Below are positions 52,903-61,845 of a stretch of DNA of 64,000 nt, piece after piece (position 1 is the stretch's first letter; each line of letters opens with the position of its first letter). Below the pieces are notes generated by a model. It was given only the letters and a program-made list of their open reading frames with translations. It made no database searches and was not told the origin of the DNA. A program made the translations under genes and the position numbers. The stretch is from Candidatus Moraniibacteriota bacterium (GTDB lineage Bacteria; Patescibacteriota; Minisyncoccia; Moranbacterales; GCA-2747515). The DNA is taken from the NCBI GenBank assembly GCA_942490825.1, contig CALNYG010000005.1, positions 262,240 to 326,239 of the forward strand, given 5' to 3'.

Positions 52903-54054
52903 ATGGCTAATTTGAAAGAAAATTTGAAAGAAAGTAGAGCTCAAGGAATTTTATTTGATTTTTTAGAAGACAAAAATGAAATTTGTGATTTAAAAATAAA
53001 AAAAATTAATAAGCCTAATTTTAAATTTAAAAAGGAAAAAGATAATTATTTTCAATTACAAAATCGTAGGTATTTAGGTAATAAATATAAATTACTTGAA
53101 TTTATTGAAGCTATAGTTTCTAAAAAATGTGAGAATGTTAATTCTTTTTGTGATATTTTTTCTGGAACAGGTGTTGTGGGAGAAAGATTTAATAAAAATG
53201 GCACAAAGGTGATTTTGAATGATATTTTGAATGCAAATTATATTTGTTTAAAAACTTTTTTAGAAACAAAAAAAGATATTGAAAAAAAAGTCATTGAGAA
53301 AATAAACTATTTAAATGAATTGAAAATTAATAATGAAAATTATTTCTCCAAAAATTTTGGAGGAAGTTATTTTTCGGTGGAAAATGCAAAAAAAATTGGT
53401 ACAATCCGTGAAAAAATAGAAAAGATTTCAGAAAATGAAAATGAAAAAAGAATTTTACTTTGCTCTTTACTTTATGCAACTGATAAAGTTGCAAACACCG
53501 TTGGTCATTATGATGCTTTTAGAAAAAAACTTGATTCTATTGAGCCTTTAAAATTGTTGGTGCCTAAGATTAATTATTCTAGTAACTTAAATAATAGAGT
53601 ATATAAAGAGGACGCAAATTATTTGATTCGTAAAATATCTTGTGATGTTTTATATATAGATCCTCCTTATAATTCAAGACAATATTCAGATGCTTATCAT
53701 TTACTTGAAAATTTATCAGAATGGAAAAAGCCTAGTGTTGAAGGCGTTGCAAAAAAGATGAATCGTTCACATATAAAAAGTGACTATTGTTTAAAAACAG
53801 CTACTCAAGCATTTGAAGATTTAATTAAGAATGCAAATTGTAAACATATATTATTTTCTTATAATAATACTGGAGATTCTAAACATGGTCGCTCTAATGC
53901 TAGAATAAAAGATGATGATATTATTAGAATTCTTAAGAAGAAAGGAAAAATTGAAATTTTTGAACAAAAATACAGAGCATTTACAACTGGGAAAAGTGCT
54001 AAAGATGGAAATTCTGAAAGAATATTTTATTGTAAAGTAACTAAAAAATCATGA
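52903..54054 (+). CDS. type II DNA adenine methyltransferase (D12-class / COG3392-like), M1 of an M-R-M locus
   Basis: NRRYLGNKYKLL N-terminal motif, FCDIFSGTGVVG (SAM binding), catalytic DPPYNSRQY. ATG at 52903. The stop overlaps the R gene start (ATGA). Confidence 0.85.
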   Translation: MANLKENLKESRAQGILFDFLEDKNEICDLKIKKINKPNFKFKKEKDNYFQLQNRRYLGNKYKLLEFIEAIVSKKCENVNSFCDIFSGTGVVGERFNKNGTKVILNDILNANYICLKTFLETKKDIEKKVIEKINYLNELKINNENYFSKNFGGSYFSVENAKKIGTIREKIEKISENENEKRILLCSLLYATDKVANTVGHYDAFRKKLDSIEPLKLLVPKINYSSNLNNRVYKEDANYLIRKISCDVLYIDPPYNSRQYSDAYHLLENLSEWKKPSVEGVAKKMNRSHIKSDYCLKTATQAFEDLIKNANCKHILFSYNNTGDSKHGRSNARIKDDDIIRILKKKGKIEIFEQKYRAFTTGKSAKDGNSERIFYCKVTKKS

Positions 54055-55880
54055 AAAAACCTTGGTCAATAACAACAACTCTAAGAAATCCTGAAAGATT
54101 GAGAGATTTTTTGGTTGTTTTACAACAATTAGAAGGTCAAGAATGGAATTTGGAGAATCAAAGAAAATATCAAATTCTTCTTATTAAAGAAAGGATTTAT
54201 GGATATGGAAGTGCACAATTTTATAGTGGATTAAGTCAACAACAAATATCTTTAATTGATAATCAGGCAAGAGAAATTTCTTTTGAAAAAGCAGAAGAAA
54301 TTTTTAATGCTAAAAATTATGAAGATCCTGCAATGAGAGGGAGACAATCAATGAATCCTCTTAAAAAGATTGGACTTGCTATTATAAAAAGGGAAAAAAT
54401 ATTAATCACTAGCTTGGGAAAATTATTCTTGCAGGAACATTTTGATTTAGGAGAGATGTTTTTTAGGAGTTTTATAAAATGGCAATTACCAAATCTAGAT
54501 TCAACTGATTATAAATTAGAGAATGGATATAATATAAAACCATTTGTTGGAGTTTTACATTTGATAAACCAAGTAAATAAAAAATCTTTGAAGATTGGAG
54601 AAAAAGCAAAAGGAATTAGCAAACAAGAATTTTCTTTATTTTGTCCAAGTCTTATAAATTTTGGAGATATAGAAAATTATGCTGATAAAATTTTAAAATT
54701 AAGAGAAAAGCAAAAGGGTAAAAATAAACAAGAGCAGAAAAAAGTTTTTGATGATTATAAAAATAGATTTGTTCAAGAATTTTTAGAAACTAGCGATAAA
54801 GAAGAAATTGATAAATTTTTAAAGAATCTTAAAGATTATGGGGATAATGCAATAAGATACTTTCGTTTAACTCGGTTTTTATATATTCGAGGTAATGGAT
54901 TTTATGTTGATTTAGAGCCAAGAAGACAAATTGAAATTAAAAATTTATTAAATTTTGATAATGCAAGTTCCAGAGGCTTTGAAAACAAAGAACAATATTT
55001 AGACTATATAGCAGATATTTCAGAGCCAAGACTTCCATGGGAGTCAAAAGAAGAGTATAAAAAGATTCTTTCAAAACTTATTGAAGATATTAAAACATAC
55101 GAAGAAAAATTAAGTATTAAAACAAAAGAAATTGTAGATTATCAAAGTTTTAGTGAAGAAGAATTGAGAAAATATATTTCGGACTTAAGACAATACAGAA
55201 GAGAATTACAAAATGAAGAAAATCATCAAAAATCACAAGAAATAGAACAAATACGTGATTATATAGAAAATCTAAATAGATTATCTCGTGTTGATAGAAC
55301 TTTAGAAAATAGACCTATTCTTTTAGAAAAATTTTCATCACTAGGATTAAATGCTTTAAATGATGCTTTAAAAATAAAACCAAATTATCCTGTTGGTGAT
55401 GATAATGAGCCTACATTTACAGCTCCTGCAAATACTCCTGACATTGAATGTTATTATGAAAATTTCAATACTGTATGTGAGGTAACAATGCTTAACGGAA
55501 GAGATCAATGGTATAATGAGGGGCAACCAGTAATGAGACATTTAAGAGATTTTGAAAATAAAAACGATGATAAAAAATCATATTGTTTATTTATTGCTCC
55601 AAAAATTCATAGAGATACTCTAAATACTTTTTGGACATCAGTAAAATATGAATATGAGGGAGCAAGACAATGTATAATTCCTTTTACAATCAATGATTTT
55701 GTAAGTCTTTTAAAAATTCTTGTTGAAATTAAAAAAGAAGGAAAATTTTTAACACATGGGGAAATTGCTCGCTTGTATGATGAAATTATCAATACATCAA
55801 ATGATTTTTCTGATTCAAGTGAATGGTTAAATGAAATTCCAAATACAATTAATTCTTGGCAAAAAAGTATCAATTTTTAA
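54051..55880 (+). CDS. AlwI-family type IIS restriction (or nicking) endonuclease
   Basis: 609 aa. Recalled Nt.BspD6I/N.BstNBI/MlyI/PleI sequences are collinear: WSITTTLRNPER start, NAIRYFRLTRFLYIRGNGFYVDLEP, and catalytic region PDIECYYENFNTVCEVT...QPVMRHL...YCLFIAPKI. Comparison is from memory, not a search. Confidence 0.75.
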   Translation: MKKPWSITTTLRNPERLRDFLVVLQQLEGQEWNLENQRKYQILLIKERIYGYGSAQFYSGLSQQQISLIDNQAREISFEKAEEIFNAKNYEDPAMRGRQSMNPLKKIGLAIIKREKILITSLGKLFLQEHFDLGEMFFRSFIKWQLPNLDSTDYKLENGYNIKPFVGVLHLINQVNKKSLKIGEKAKGISKQEFSLFCPSLINFGDIENYADKILKLREKQKGKNKQEQKKVFDDYKNRFVQEFLETSDKEEIDKFLKNLKDYGDNAIRYFRLTRFLYIRGNGFYVDLEPRRQIEIKNLLNFDNASSRGFENKEQYLDYIADISEPRLPWESKEEYKKILSKLIEDIKTYEEKLSIKTKEIVDYQSFSEEELRKYISDLRQYRRELQNEENHQKSQEIEQIRDYIENLNRLSRVDRTLENRPILLEKFSSLGLNALNDALKIKPNYPVGDDNEPTFTAPANTPDIECYYENFNTVCEVTMLNGRDQWYNEGQPVMRHLRDFENKNDDKKSYCLFIAPKIHRDTLNTFWTSVKYEYEGARQCIIPFTINDFVSLLKILVEIKKEGKFLTHGEIARLYDEIINTSNDFSDSSEWLNEIPNTINSWQKSINF

Positions 55881-55895
55881 TTCCTATAAAAAATT

Positions 55896-56663
55896 ATGAA
55901 AAAAAATATTATCTACAACGGAGATTGTACAGAAGTACTAGCCAAGAAAATTCAAGAAAATTCAATTGATCTCATTTTTGCTGATCCTCCTTATAATCTT
56001 TCTGGAAATGGCTTGCATTGGAAAGGAAGCAAAACAGGTGGAGACTGGTTTATGGTAAATGAAGAATGGGACAAAATGACAGCTCCTGAATATATGCAAT
56101 TTACAAGAAAATGGATTGCAGGTTGTCATAAAGCACTAAAAGATAACGGATCAATCTATATCGCTTGTAGTTATCACAATATTGGAGAAGTGATGATTGT
56201 TTTAAAACAACTCGATTATAAAATTAACAATATCATTACTTGGTACAAAACAAATGCAATGCCAAATATGACAAGAAGAGTTTTTACTCATGCAACTGAA
56301 TTTGTAATTTGGGCAGTTAAAGGGAAAGGCTGGACTTTTAATTATGAAAAAATCAAAGAAATTAACCCAGAAAAGCAAAAAGACGGAAGTTTAAAACAAA
56401 TGAGAGATTTTTGGGAAATGCCTTTAGTTCAAGGAAAAGAAAGATTAAGAAGAAAGGATGGAAAGGCTTTACATCCGACACAAAAACCAGAAGAAATGTT
56501 AAAAAGAATTATTTTAGCAAGTTCAAATGAGAAAGATGTTGTTTTAGATCCTTTTATGGGAAGTGGGACAACTGCTTTTATTGCTAAAAAATATAAACGT
56601 AATTTTATAGGAATCGAAAGTGATAAAAAATACGTAGAAGCTGCAAGAAAAAGATTGAAATAG
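55896..56663 (+). CDS. beta-class N6A/N4C DNA methyltransferase (CcrM/M.HinfI-like), M2
   Basis: IFADPPYNL near the N-terminus, IITWYKTNAMPN, HPTQKPEEMLKRII, DPFMGSGTTA. Confidence 0.9.
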   Translation: MKKNIIYNGDCTEVLAKKIQENSIDLIFADPPYNLSGNGLHWKGSKTGGDWFMVNEEWDKMTAPEYMQFTRKWIAGCHKALKDNGSIYIACSYHNIGEVMIVLKQLDYKINNIITWYKTNAMPNMTRRVFTHATEFVIWAVKGKGWTFNYEKIKEINPEKQKDGSLKQMRDFWEMPLVQGKERLRRKDGKALHPTQKPEEMLKRIILASSNEKDVVLDPFMGSGTTAFIAKKYKRNFIGIESDKKYVEAARKRLK

Positions 56664-56724
56664 TTAGTGTGAATTTTGTAATTCTTCGATTCTTTATTTA
56701 TAAGACGAAAAATTAATTTTCCAC

Positions 56725-56778
56725 AAAAATAAAAAAGCGAGAATATAACATTCTCGCTTTTAAATAGTTAAATAATTC
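56725..56778. repeat. 54-bp perfect direct repeat (copy 1) containing a bidirectional terminator hairpin
   Basis: AAAAATAAAAAAGCGAGAATATAACATTCTCGCTTTTAAATAGTTAAATAATTC, identical to 61779..61832. Stem GCGAGAAT/ATTCTCGC. Sits just 3' of the MacB-type permease gene. Confidence 0.95.
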
Positions 56779-56785
56779 AAAAAAC

Positions 56786-58009
56786 CTATTCGTACCTCAA
56801 CGCCTCAATCGGATTCAACCCAGCAGCCCGCCTAGCAGGATAATAACCAAAAACAACACCAATAACCGTAGAAACACTAAAAGAAAGCACTATCGAAAAA
56901 CCAGAAACCTCAGTCGAAGTCACACCAAACCTATTCAAACCATAAGCAATAATAATCCCCAAAACAATCCCAATCACCCCACCAACAAAAGTCAAAATAA
57001 TCGCTTCAAATAAAAATTGCTGTTTAATATCCGCCTGATTCGCACCGATAGATTTTCTCAAACCAATTTCTCTGGTTCGTTCCGTAACATTAGTTAACAT
57101 CATATTCATAATCCCAATCCCACCAACAACCAAAGAAATTCCCGCCACTGCTCCCAAAAGAATAGTTAAAGCTCCTGTAATTGAAGAAGTCATTTCAATA
57201 ATATCAGCTTGATTACGAATATTAAAATCAGCATTTTCTACATTTTTAATTTTATGTTTTTTTAATAAAAAAGCGGTAATTTCTTCTTCAGCTAAATCCA
57301 TTTGTTCCTGATCATTTATGCTCACTCCTATGGATGATAAATATTTATTTCCAGAAAAATATTGTTGATAAGTTGTTAACGGTATATAAACCGTTTCGTC
57401 AGCATTTCCAAAACCACCACTACCTTTTGATTTACTTACTCCAATTACTGTAAAGTTCAAACCTCCGATACGAATTTTTTTACCGATAATATTATTTTCA
57501 CTTTCGCCAAAAAGTTCAGTTTTTACGTCTGGTCCAATCACTATAACTTTAGATCTTTTCGAAACATGAACATCGCTGATGAATGAACCATTGGCAATTT
57601 CTATATTATTAACTTGAGAATAAGAACTGGTAACTCCATTTGTGGAATATTGCATATTATTTCCATTGGCAATTAATTGTTCATTTCCTGAAGAAATTGG
57701 GGCAATGGCTTTAATATTTTTTATTTTTTTTTCAATTGCATCGGAATCTTCAATGGTTAATGATTGGGATGATCCACTTGAACGAGCTCCGCCACCGAAA
57801 CTTTTTTGTTGCCCAGGTTGGATGGTTAATAAATTTGATCCAATTGATTGGATGCTTTCTTGAATAGATTTTTGAGATCCATTTCCAATAGCAATCATTA
57901 CAATCACAGAGGCAATTCCAATAACTATGCCTAAAATAGTTAAACTAGTTCGGGCTTTATTGGAAACTATTGCCATGTGAATTTCTGAAAATAAGTCGGA
58001 AATTAGCAT
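56786..58009 (-). CDS. MacB/FtsX-type ABC transporter permease
   Basis: 407 aa. N-terminal TM helix, a large periplasmic domain, and a C-terminal FtsX 3-helix bundle (REIGLRKSIGA). Confidence 0.9.
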   Translation of the reverse strand: MLISDLFSEIHMAIVSNKARTSLTILGIVIGIASVIVMIAIGNGSQKSIQESIQSIGSNLLTIQPGQQKSFGGGARSSGSSQSLTIEDSDAIEKKIKNIKAIAPISSGNEQLIANGNNMQYSTNGVTSSYSQVNNIEIANGSFISDVHVSKRSKVIVIGPDVKTELFGESENNIIGKKIRIGGLNFTVIGVSKSKGSGGFGNADETVYIPLTTYQQYFSGNKYLSSIGVSINDQEQMDLAEEEITAFLLKKHKIKNVENADFNIRNQADIIEMTSSITGALTILLGAVAGISLVVGGIGIMNMMLTNVTERTREIGLRKSIGANQADIKQQFLFEAIILTFVGGVIGIVLGIIIAYGLNRFGVTSTEVSGFSIVLSFSVSTVIGVVFGYYPARRAAGLNPIEALRYE

Positions 58010-58108
58010 ATTTTTTTAGTGAATTAATATATTAATGGATTCGTAGAGATTTTTTAATAAAACATTTATACTGAAATTTTGCATTAAACTTTTTTTAAAA
58101 AATAGTAT

Positions 58109-58240
58109 TGTCATCTTGAATATAGTGATAGGAAATTGATACTTGTCCGTTAAAGTACAGTGGGGAATGATTTAGAAGATTTTTTATTTTATATAAACTT
58201 TGAGATTTCTTTGCTCTGCTATTCTCCAGTCGAAATGACA
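58109..58240 (+). repeat. degenerate NPE-like element inside the ABC operon
   Basis: TGTCATCTTGAA ... CGAAATGACA ends with diverged interior. Occupies the 299-bp gap between the ATPase and permease genes. Confidence 0.55.
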
Positions 58241-58308
58241 ATGGGGGAGGTTTTTAAAGTAGTCTAATTTTTTTATTTTTTTATTTTAAATTAAAATTAT
58301 TTTTAAAT

Positions 58309-58998
58309 TTAATTTGTAACTTTTTTTCGATCTTCTACAATTTCGCCGTCACGAATTACTATAACTCGATCTGTAAAATCAGCCACTTCATTCTCATGAG
58401 TAATTAGAATTATGGTGTGTCCAAATTCTCGATTTAATTTTTTAAAAGTATTTAAAACAAATTTACCAGTTTTTGTGTCCAAATTTCCAGTGGGTTCATC
58501 AGCTAAAATTATAGATGGATTATTTACTAAAGCTCGAGCGATAGCCACTCTTTGCATTTGACCACCAGAAATTTCATTGGAATAATGATCCCAACGATCC
58601 TCTTTTAAATGAACTGATCGTAAAGCATTTTGAGCAATTCCTTTTCTTTTCTTTTTTGGAGTTTCACTATAAATTAAAGGCAACATTACATTTCTTAAAA
58701 CTGTTGCTCTTGGTAATAAATTAAAGGCTTGAAAAATAAAACCAATTTTCTTATTTCTGATTTCTGATAATTCATCTTCGCTTAATTGAGAAACATTTTG
58801 TCCGTTCAAATGATAAGTTCCTTCAGTTGGTTTATCTAAAGCACCTAAAATATGCATTAAAGTTGATTTGCCACTTCCGGAAGGTCCCATGATAGAAACA
58901 AACTCTCCTGCTTTAATGTCTAAAGATATACCTTTTAAGGCGTGAGTTTCATTGCCTTTAGTTCCATATGTTTTTACAATATTTTTACATTTAATCAT
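58309..58998 (-). CDS. MacB/LolD-type ABC transporter ATP-binding protein
   Basis: Walker A GPSGSGKST, Q-loop, signature ISGGQMQRV, Walker B ILADEPTGNLD. Confidence 0.95.
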   Translation of the reverse strand: MIKCKNIVKTYGTKGNETHALKGISLDIKAGEFVSIMGPSGSGKSTLMHILGALDKPTEGTYHLNGQNVSQLSEDELSEIRNKKIGFIFQAFNLLPRATVLRNVMLPLIYSETPKKKRKGIAQNALRSVHLKEDRWDHYSNEISGGQMQRVAIARALVNNPSIILADEPTGNLDTKTGKFVLNTFKKLNREFGHTIILITHENEVADFTDRVIVIRDGEIVEDRKKVTN

Positions 58999-59003
58999 AT
59001 TTT

Positions 59004-60137
59004 TTATTTTGGTCGTCGATTACCTCCGGTTTTTATTGGAATAATTGAACCAGAGTTATTTGAGGATTTTTCTTCTTGTTTGGAAAAGTTATTTTTCATA
59101 GTCGTTATCTCGGTAATAGTGAAAACTTTTTCTCCTTCAGTAATTCCACTTTTTATTTCAATAGTTACATCATCGCTTAAGCCAGTCTCTACTTCTTGAC
59201 GTTGTCTTTCACCATTTTCATTTTCAATAAATACAATTGATTTATCACCTCGTCCAGTTTTAACAGCGTCTATTGGAATAACAATTACATCTTCTACTTT
59301 TTCAATTTCAATTTCTACAGAAACACTCATTCCAGGTTTTAGAAATTCGCTAGGGGAGTCAAAAGAAATTTCTACATCATAGGTTACGACACCTTGCTCA
59401 ACTTCTCCAATTGTATCAATTTTATTCACCTCTCCTTCGGCAGTTACTCCGTCCAAGGCGTCAAAAGTTAGGCTGGCTTTATTGCCGACTTTTACTTTAG
59501 CCGCATCCACTTCATTTAAAGAAATAATTGCTTTGACATCGTCTGTAATAACACTAGCTAAAACATCACTCCGTGAAATGGAATCACCAGCCTCTACATT
59601 TAATCCAGTTACAGTTCCATCAAATGGAGCTTTGATAATATAATCTTGTAAATCTTCATAAGCTTTATTTAAAGATATTTTACTTTGAGCTAATGAATTT
59701 TCTTCGAGTTGACGAGCATATTTATCATCTTTAGTTTTAGTTCTAAACCGACGTTCAGTTTGTTTTAATTTTATTGCAGCTGATTTATAGCTTAATTCAG
59801 CTTCTTGAGATTTTTTTTGAGCTTCGCTACTGTCTAAAATGGCAATGACTTGATCTTTCTTCACTTCTTCATTATTTTCAACTTTTACAGCAGTTATGTC
59901 TAAACCATCACCAGCGATTTGTGGTTGTAAGTCGACTTGGCTTCCGGCGTGAACTTGACCTATTCCACTGACGGATATTTCGATATTTCCTTTTTCGGCT
60001 ACTATTGTTTGAGGGATTACTTCAATATTTTCGGTTTGATTCTTTTTATAAAAATAAAAAGATATTCCACTTATAATTAAAATAGAAATTATGGCAAGCC
60101 ATTTATGATTTTTTATTTTCTCAATAATTTTTCTCAT
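59004..60137 (-). CDS. HlyD/MacA-family periplasmic adaptor protein
   Basis: N-terminal TM helix, lipoyl/barrel-sandwich halves flanking a coiled-coil hairpin, and a beta-barrel. The gene ends 5 nt before the ATPase gene start. Confidence 0.85.
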   Translation of the reverse strand: MRKIIEKIKNHKWLAIISILIISGISFYFYKKNQTENIEVIPQTIVAEKGNIEISVSGIGQVHAGSQVDLQPQIAGDGLDITAVKVENNEEVKKDQVIAILDSSEAQKKSQEAELSYKSAAIKLKQTERRFRTKTKDDKYARQLEENSLAQSKISLNKAYEDLQDYIIKAPFDGTVTGLNVEAGDSISRSDVLASVITDDVKAIISLNEVDAAKVKVGNKASLTFDALDGVTAEGEVNKIDTIGEVEQGVVTYDVEISFDSPSEFLKPGMSVSVEIEIEKVEDVIVIPIDAVKTGRGDKSIVFIENENGERQRQEVETGLSDDVTIEIKSGITEGEKVFTITEITTMKNNFSKQEEKSSNNSGSIIPIKTGGNRRPK

Positions 60138-60433
60138 TATTTAATTTTTTTAAAAGTTAATTTATTGTTAATTATAGTATAATAGTAGTACGTAATCAAA
60201 GCAATAAAGTTTTCATTTTTTTGTCGGTTTCTGAATATAAATATAATATTTTGTAAATTAATTATTTTTATAATTTTTTATTATCATTCAAAATCTTAAA
60301 ATTTAATTAAAACTATAAATTTTACTTTATTTTTAATTTTTAATTTGAAAACTTTTTTTGTTGATTTCGTACTATAATATAAGTAAAGGTCGCACTGATT
60401 AATTTATAATTTAGTTAAAATAAATTTTGTATT

Positions 60434-60700
60434 ATGAAAAATAAAAAAGTTATTATTACGGTTGTGGGGATATTGGTTATTTTGAGTTTATCGATTTTTA
60501 TTTTTAAAGATAAAAGAGAAGCGAATAATCTTGATGATAAAATTCAACAAATTGAAGAAAGGGAAAATTCACGTCAAATAAATCAAATGAAGGGAAACGC
60601 TGATAAAATTGAAGGAGTTGAGGATGAAGTTATTAAAATAGATGTAACTGAAAGTGCACTTGATGATGATCTTGATGAATTGGAAAATTTGGAGTTTTAA
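60434..60700 (+). CDS. small membrane-anchored acidic hypothetical protein
   Basis: 88 aa with an N-terminal TM helix and an acidic tail. Confidence 0.45.
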   Translation: MKNKKVIITVVGILVILSLSIFIFKDKREANNLDDKIQQIEERENSRQINQMKGNADKIEGVEDEVIKIDVTESALDDDLDELENLEF

Positions 60701-60754
60701 GGTTTGTAATTTTAAACGTTTCTAAATTGGTTATAAAACCAGTTCCTGTGAGAT

Positions 60755-60909
60755 GTTATTCTGAACGAAGTATTTTTATTGTTAAATAAAAATATGCAGT
60801 GAAGAATCTTAGTAAGTTTTTTTTGAACTTAAATTATTGAGATGTACTGCTTGAGATTCTTCGTTTCATAAAATTTTCTAACGAAAATTTTATTACACTC
60901 AGAATGACA
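60755..60909 (+). repeat. nested-palindrome element (NPE), canonical architecture, diverged ends
   Basis: TGTTATTCTGAAC; TATTTTTATT-GTTA-AATAAAAATA; CAGTGAAGAATCT; spacer; GAGATTCTTCGT; ATAAAATTTTC-TAAC-GAAAATTTTAT; ACTCAGAATGACA. Confidence 0.85.
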
Positions 60910-60941
60910 GAAATTTTAAAATATTAATTAGTTAAAATAAA

Positions 60942-61589
60942 ATGTTTATGAAAAATTATTTTGATAATAAATCGTATGCGATTGTAACGGGTCAAATTTT
61001 TTCTTTGGCTTTATTGATGGCGATGGCGAGTTTATTTTCTTCTGTGTCTTCAGTTGAGGCTCAAGAAGTGGATTCTGAAGTTGAGTCTATTAGGGATGAG
61101 ATAAAGGGTTTACGTGATAAATTTAAGGAATTGAAAGCTCAGGTTGACAGTGGTGAGATTACAAAAGAAGATGCTCAAGAAACTTGGCAGAAGCTTGTGT
61201 ATGAATTGCGAGATAAAAAAGATGAAGTTTTTGATGGAAAAATGGAGGGGTTGGAGGAGCGTTACACTGAATTGAAAGAAAATAATCCTGAGTTGGCGGA
61301 GAGGTTTAAGGCACGGATGGATGTTGTTCAGGAGCGTCGTCAGGAGAGAATTGCGAATCGTAAAGAGATTAGAGAGATGATGGAATCTGGTGATGCTACG
61401 ATAGTGGAAGCGAGAGAAATTCGTATGGAAAATCATCGGGAAAATTTAGAAGAGAAGAAAACGAATGTGCAGAAAAGAAAAGAGGAAGTAAAGACAAATG
61501 TTCAAGAGAGACAGGGAAATAGTCAGGAAGTTAAAGAGGCGAGACAAGAAAATATGCGGGGAAATGGTAATGGTGGAAGAGTTGAATAG
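60942..61589 (+). CDS. secreted coiled-coil hypothetical protein
   Basis: Signal peptide (..SSVEAQE), then an E/K/R-rich helical sequence. Confidence 0.55.
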   Translation: MFMKNYFDNKSYAIVTGQIFSLALLMAMASLFSSVSSVEAQEVDSEVESIRDEIKGLRDKFKELKAQVDSGEITKEDAQETWQKLVYELRDKKDEVFDGKMEGLEERYTELKENNPELAERFKARMDVVQERRQERIANRKEIREMMESGDATIVEAREIRMENHRENLEEKKTNVQKRKEEVKTNVQERQGNSQEVKEARQENMRGNGNGGRVE

Positions 61590-61610
61590 GACTAGTTTAA
61601 TTTGGGATTT

Positions 61611-61641
61611 TAAAAATCACCGCGGGAGCGGTGATTTTTTT
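61611..61641. terminator. bidirectional terminator-like hairpin; right copy of the 33/34-nt direct repeat
   Basis: TTTTAAAAATCACCGCGGGAGCGGTGATTTTTTT. Confidence 0.7.
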
Positions 61642-61778
61642 ATGGAAATTTTATTTTTTTATTTTAAATCTTCTTTATTGTTCCTTTATTTTCAAATAAA
61701 TTTACAAAAGCAAGTTTTTTAAAATTTTATTTTTTTAAATATTTATTGTTTAAAAATATTTTAATCGAGTTTTTTTTA

Positions 61779-61832
61779 AAAAATAAAAAAGCGAGAATAT
61801 AACATTCTCGCTTTTAAATAGTTAAATAATTC
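61779..61832. repeat. 54-bp perfect direct repeat (copy 2) containing a bidirectional terminator hairpin
   Basis: Identical to 56725..56778. Sits just 3' of the MsbA-type exporter gene. Confidence 0.95.
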
Positions 61833-61845
61833 GAATAGCCTAAAA

